Positions 63,443 to 64,000 of a stretch of 64,000 nucleotides of DNA are shown here, one piece after another. How positions within the stretch are numbered: position 1 is the first letter of the stretch; each line of letters opens with the position of its first letter. The notes under the pieces are model-generated. The model was given only the letters and a program-made list of their open reading frames with translations. It ran no database searches and was not told the DNA's origin. Made by a program: the position numbers and the translations under genes. The DNA is from Escherichia virus ESCO5 (lineage: Duplodnaviria; Heunggongvirae; Uroviricota; Caudoviricetes). The stretch lies in the IMG/VR virus record IMGVR_UViG_2974610597_000001. The stretch is one strand, 5' to 3'.

Positions 63443-63962
63443 GAGGTTCGGCTATGGCTGTTGCATAAATATATGGATGACCTTGTGGGGACAATCTTGT
63501 TCCGAATGACCCTAATTCTAAACCATTCATGTCTTCCACGTCAAGCCCTATTTCTGTTTCTACAATTCTTGTTTGGACTTTGTAGTAGGTCCAGAAGAAG
63601 TATCGCATTTCTTCGGCATACTCTTTCACTTCACCAAAGCTGGGATAGAACTCAATCAACTCCAGCTTCAAGAAGATGTTGAAGTGAGAATCATCCAACA
63701 CTTCCTCTGTGCGGTAACATGGTGTCAGGGCCATGTAGGGATGACCAGCGATAAACTCGTAGCCATCCTTTTCCATTTGCAAGAATGATTGCTCGGCACT
63801 GGCAACATAAAACTTCCCATTAGGATGCCCCAAAGGAGCATCTTCTTTGCCAGGTGGCAGTGTGAATGCCAAAATATCTGCATCCACTAAATAAGGAACA
63901 TCTAACATTTCAGCAAAGCGTCCATAACTCTGGATGGCTTCGGCAATCACACCTGTGTTCAT
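63405..63962 (-). CDS. hypothetical protein with weak class II aminoacyl-tRNA synthetase/AsnA-like ligase motifs
   Basis: 185 aa; strong RBS AGGAGG; CYRTEE (motif-2-like) and GLELGSFGTR (motif-3-like); tentative. Confidence 0.35.
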   Translation of the reverse strand: MNTGVIAEAIQSYGRFAEMLDVPYLVDADILAFTLPPGKEDAPLGHPNGKFYVASAEQSFLQMEKDGYEFIAGHPYMALTPCYRTEEVLDDSHFNIFLKLELIEFYPSFGEVKEYAEEMRYFFWTYYKVQTRIVETEIGLDVEDMNGLELGSFGTRLSPQGHPYIYATAIAEPRASMAINRRNHD

Positions 63963-64000
63963 GACCTTCCTCCTGTGCGGAAAGCGCGTTTAGTAATGTT

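Noticed and set aside
1-64000. tRNA genes, integrase or attachment sites
   Set aside because: Intergenic gaps are all under about 130 nt and are occupied by terminators and promoters; no recombinase-like ORF and no cloverleaf-capable segment was seen.

Overview
This window is a gene-dense segment of a virulent, contractile-tailed dsDNA phage genome, AT-rich by eye, with no integrase, tRNA or CRISPR array. Two convergent modules meet at a bidirectional terminator near 35.03 kb. The + strand (1-35016) carries the morphogenesis module: probable portal C-terminus, scaffold-like protein, lambda D/E-like decoration and major capsid proteins, neck proteins, sheath, tube, tail chaperone with a -1 frameshift, tape measure, baseplate, and at least six large tail fibre/tailspike genes. 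The - strand (35073-63962) carries replication and accessory genes: SSB-like protein, family A DNA polymerase with a putative intein, DNA methyltransferase, T7 gp4-like primase-helicase, four glycosyltransferases, secreted endolysin, and anaerobic ribonucleotide reductase nrdD/nrdG. The most unusual content is a phage-borne Ter-like cluster (TerD, TerY-like vWA, TelA-like, TerC) linked to a macrodomain-PRTase-HAD module. All calls come from manual reading of the ORF translations and DNA; no database search was run. The gene order resembles multi-tailspike rV5/phi92-like myoviruses, but that is inference only.
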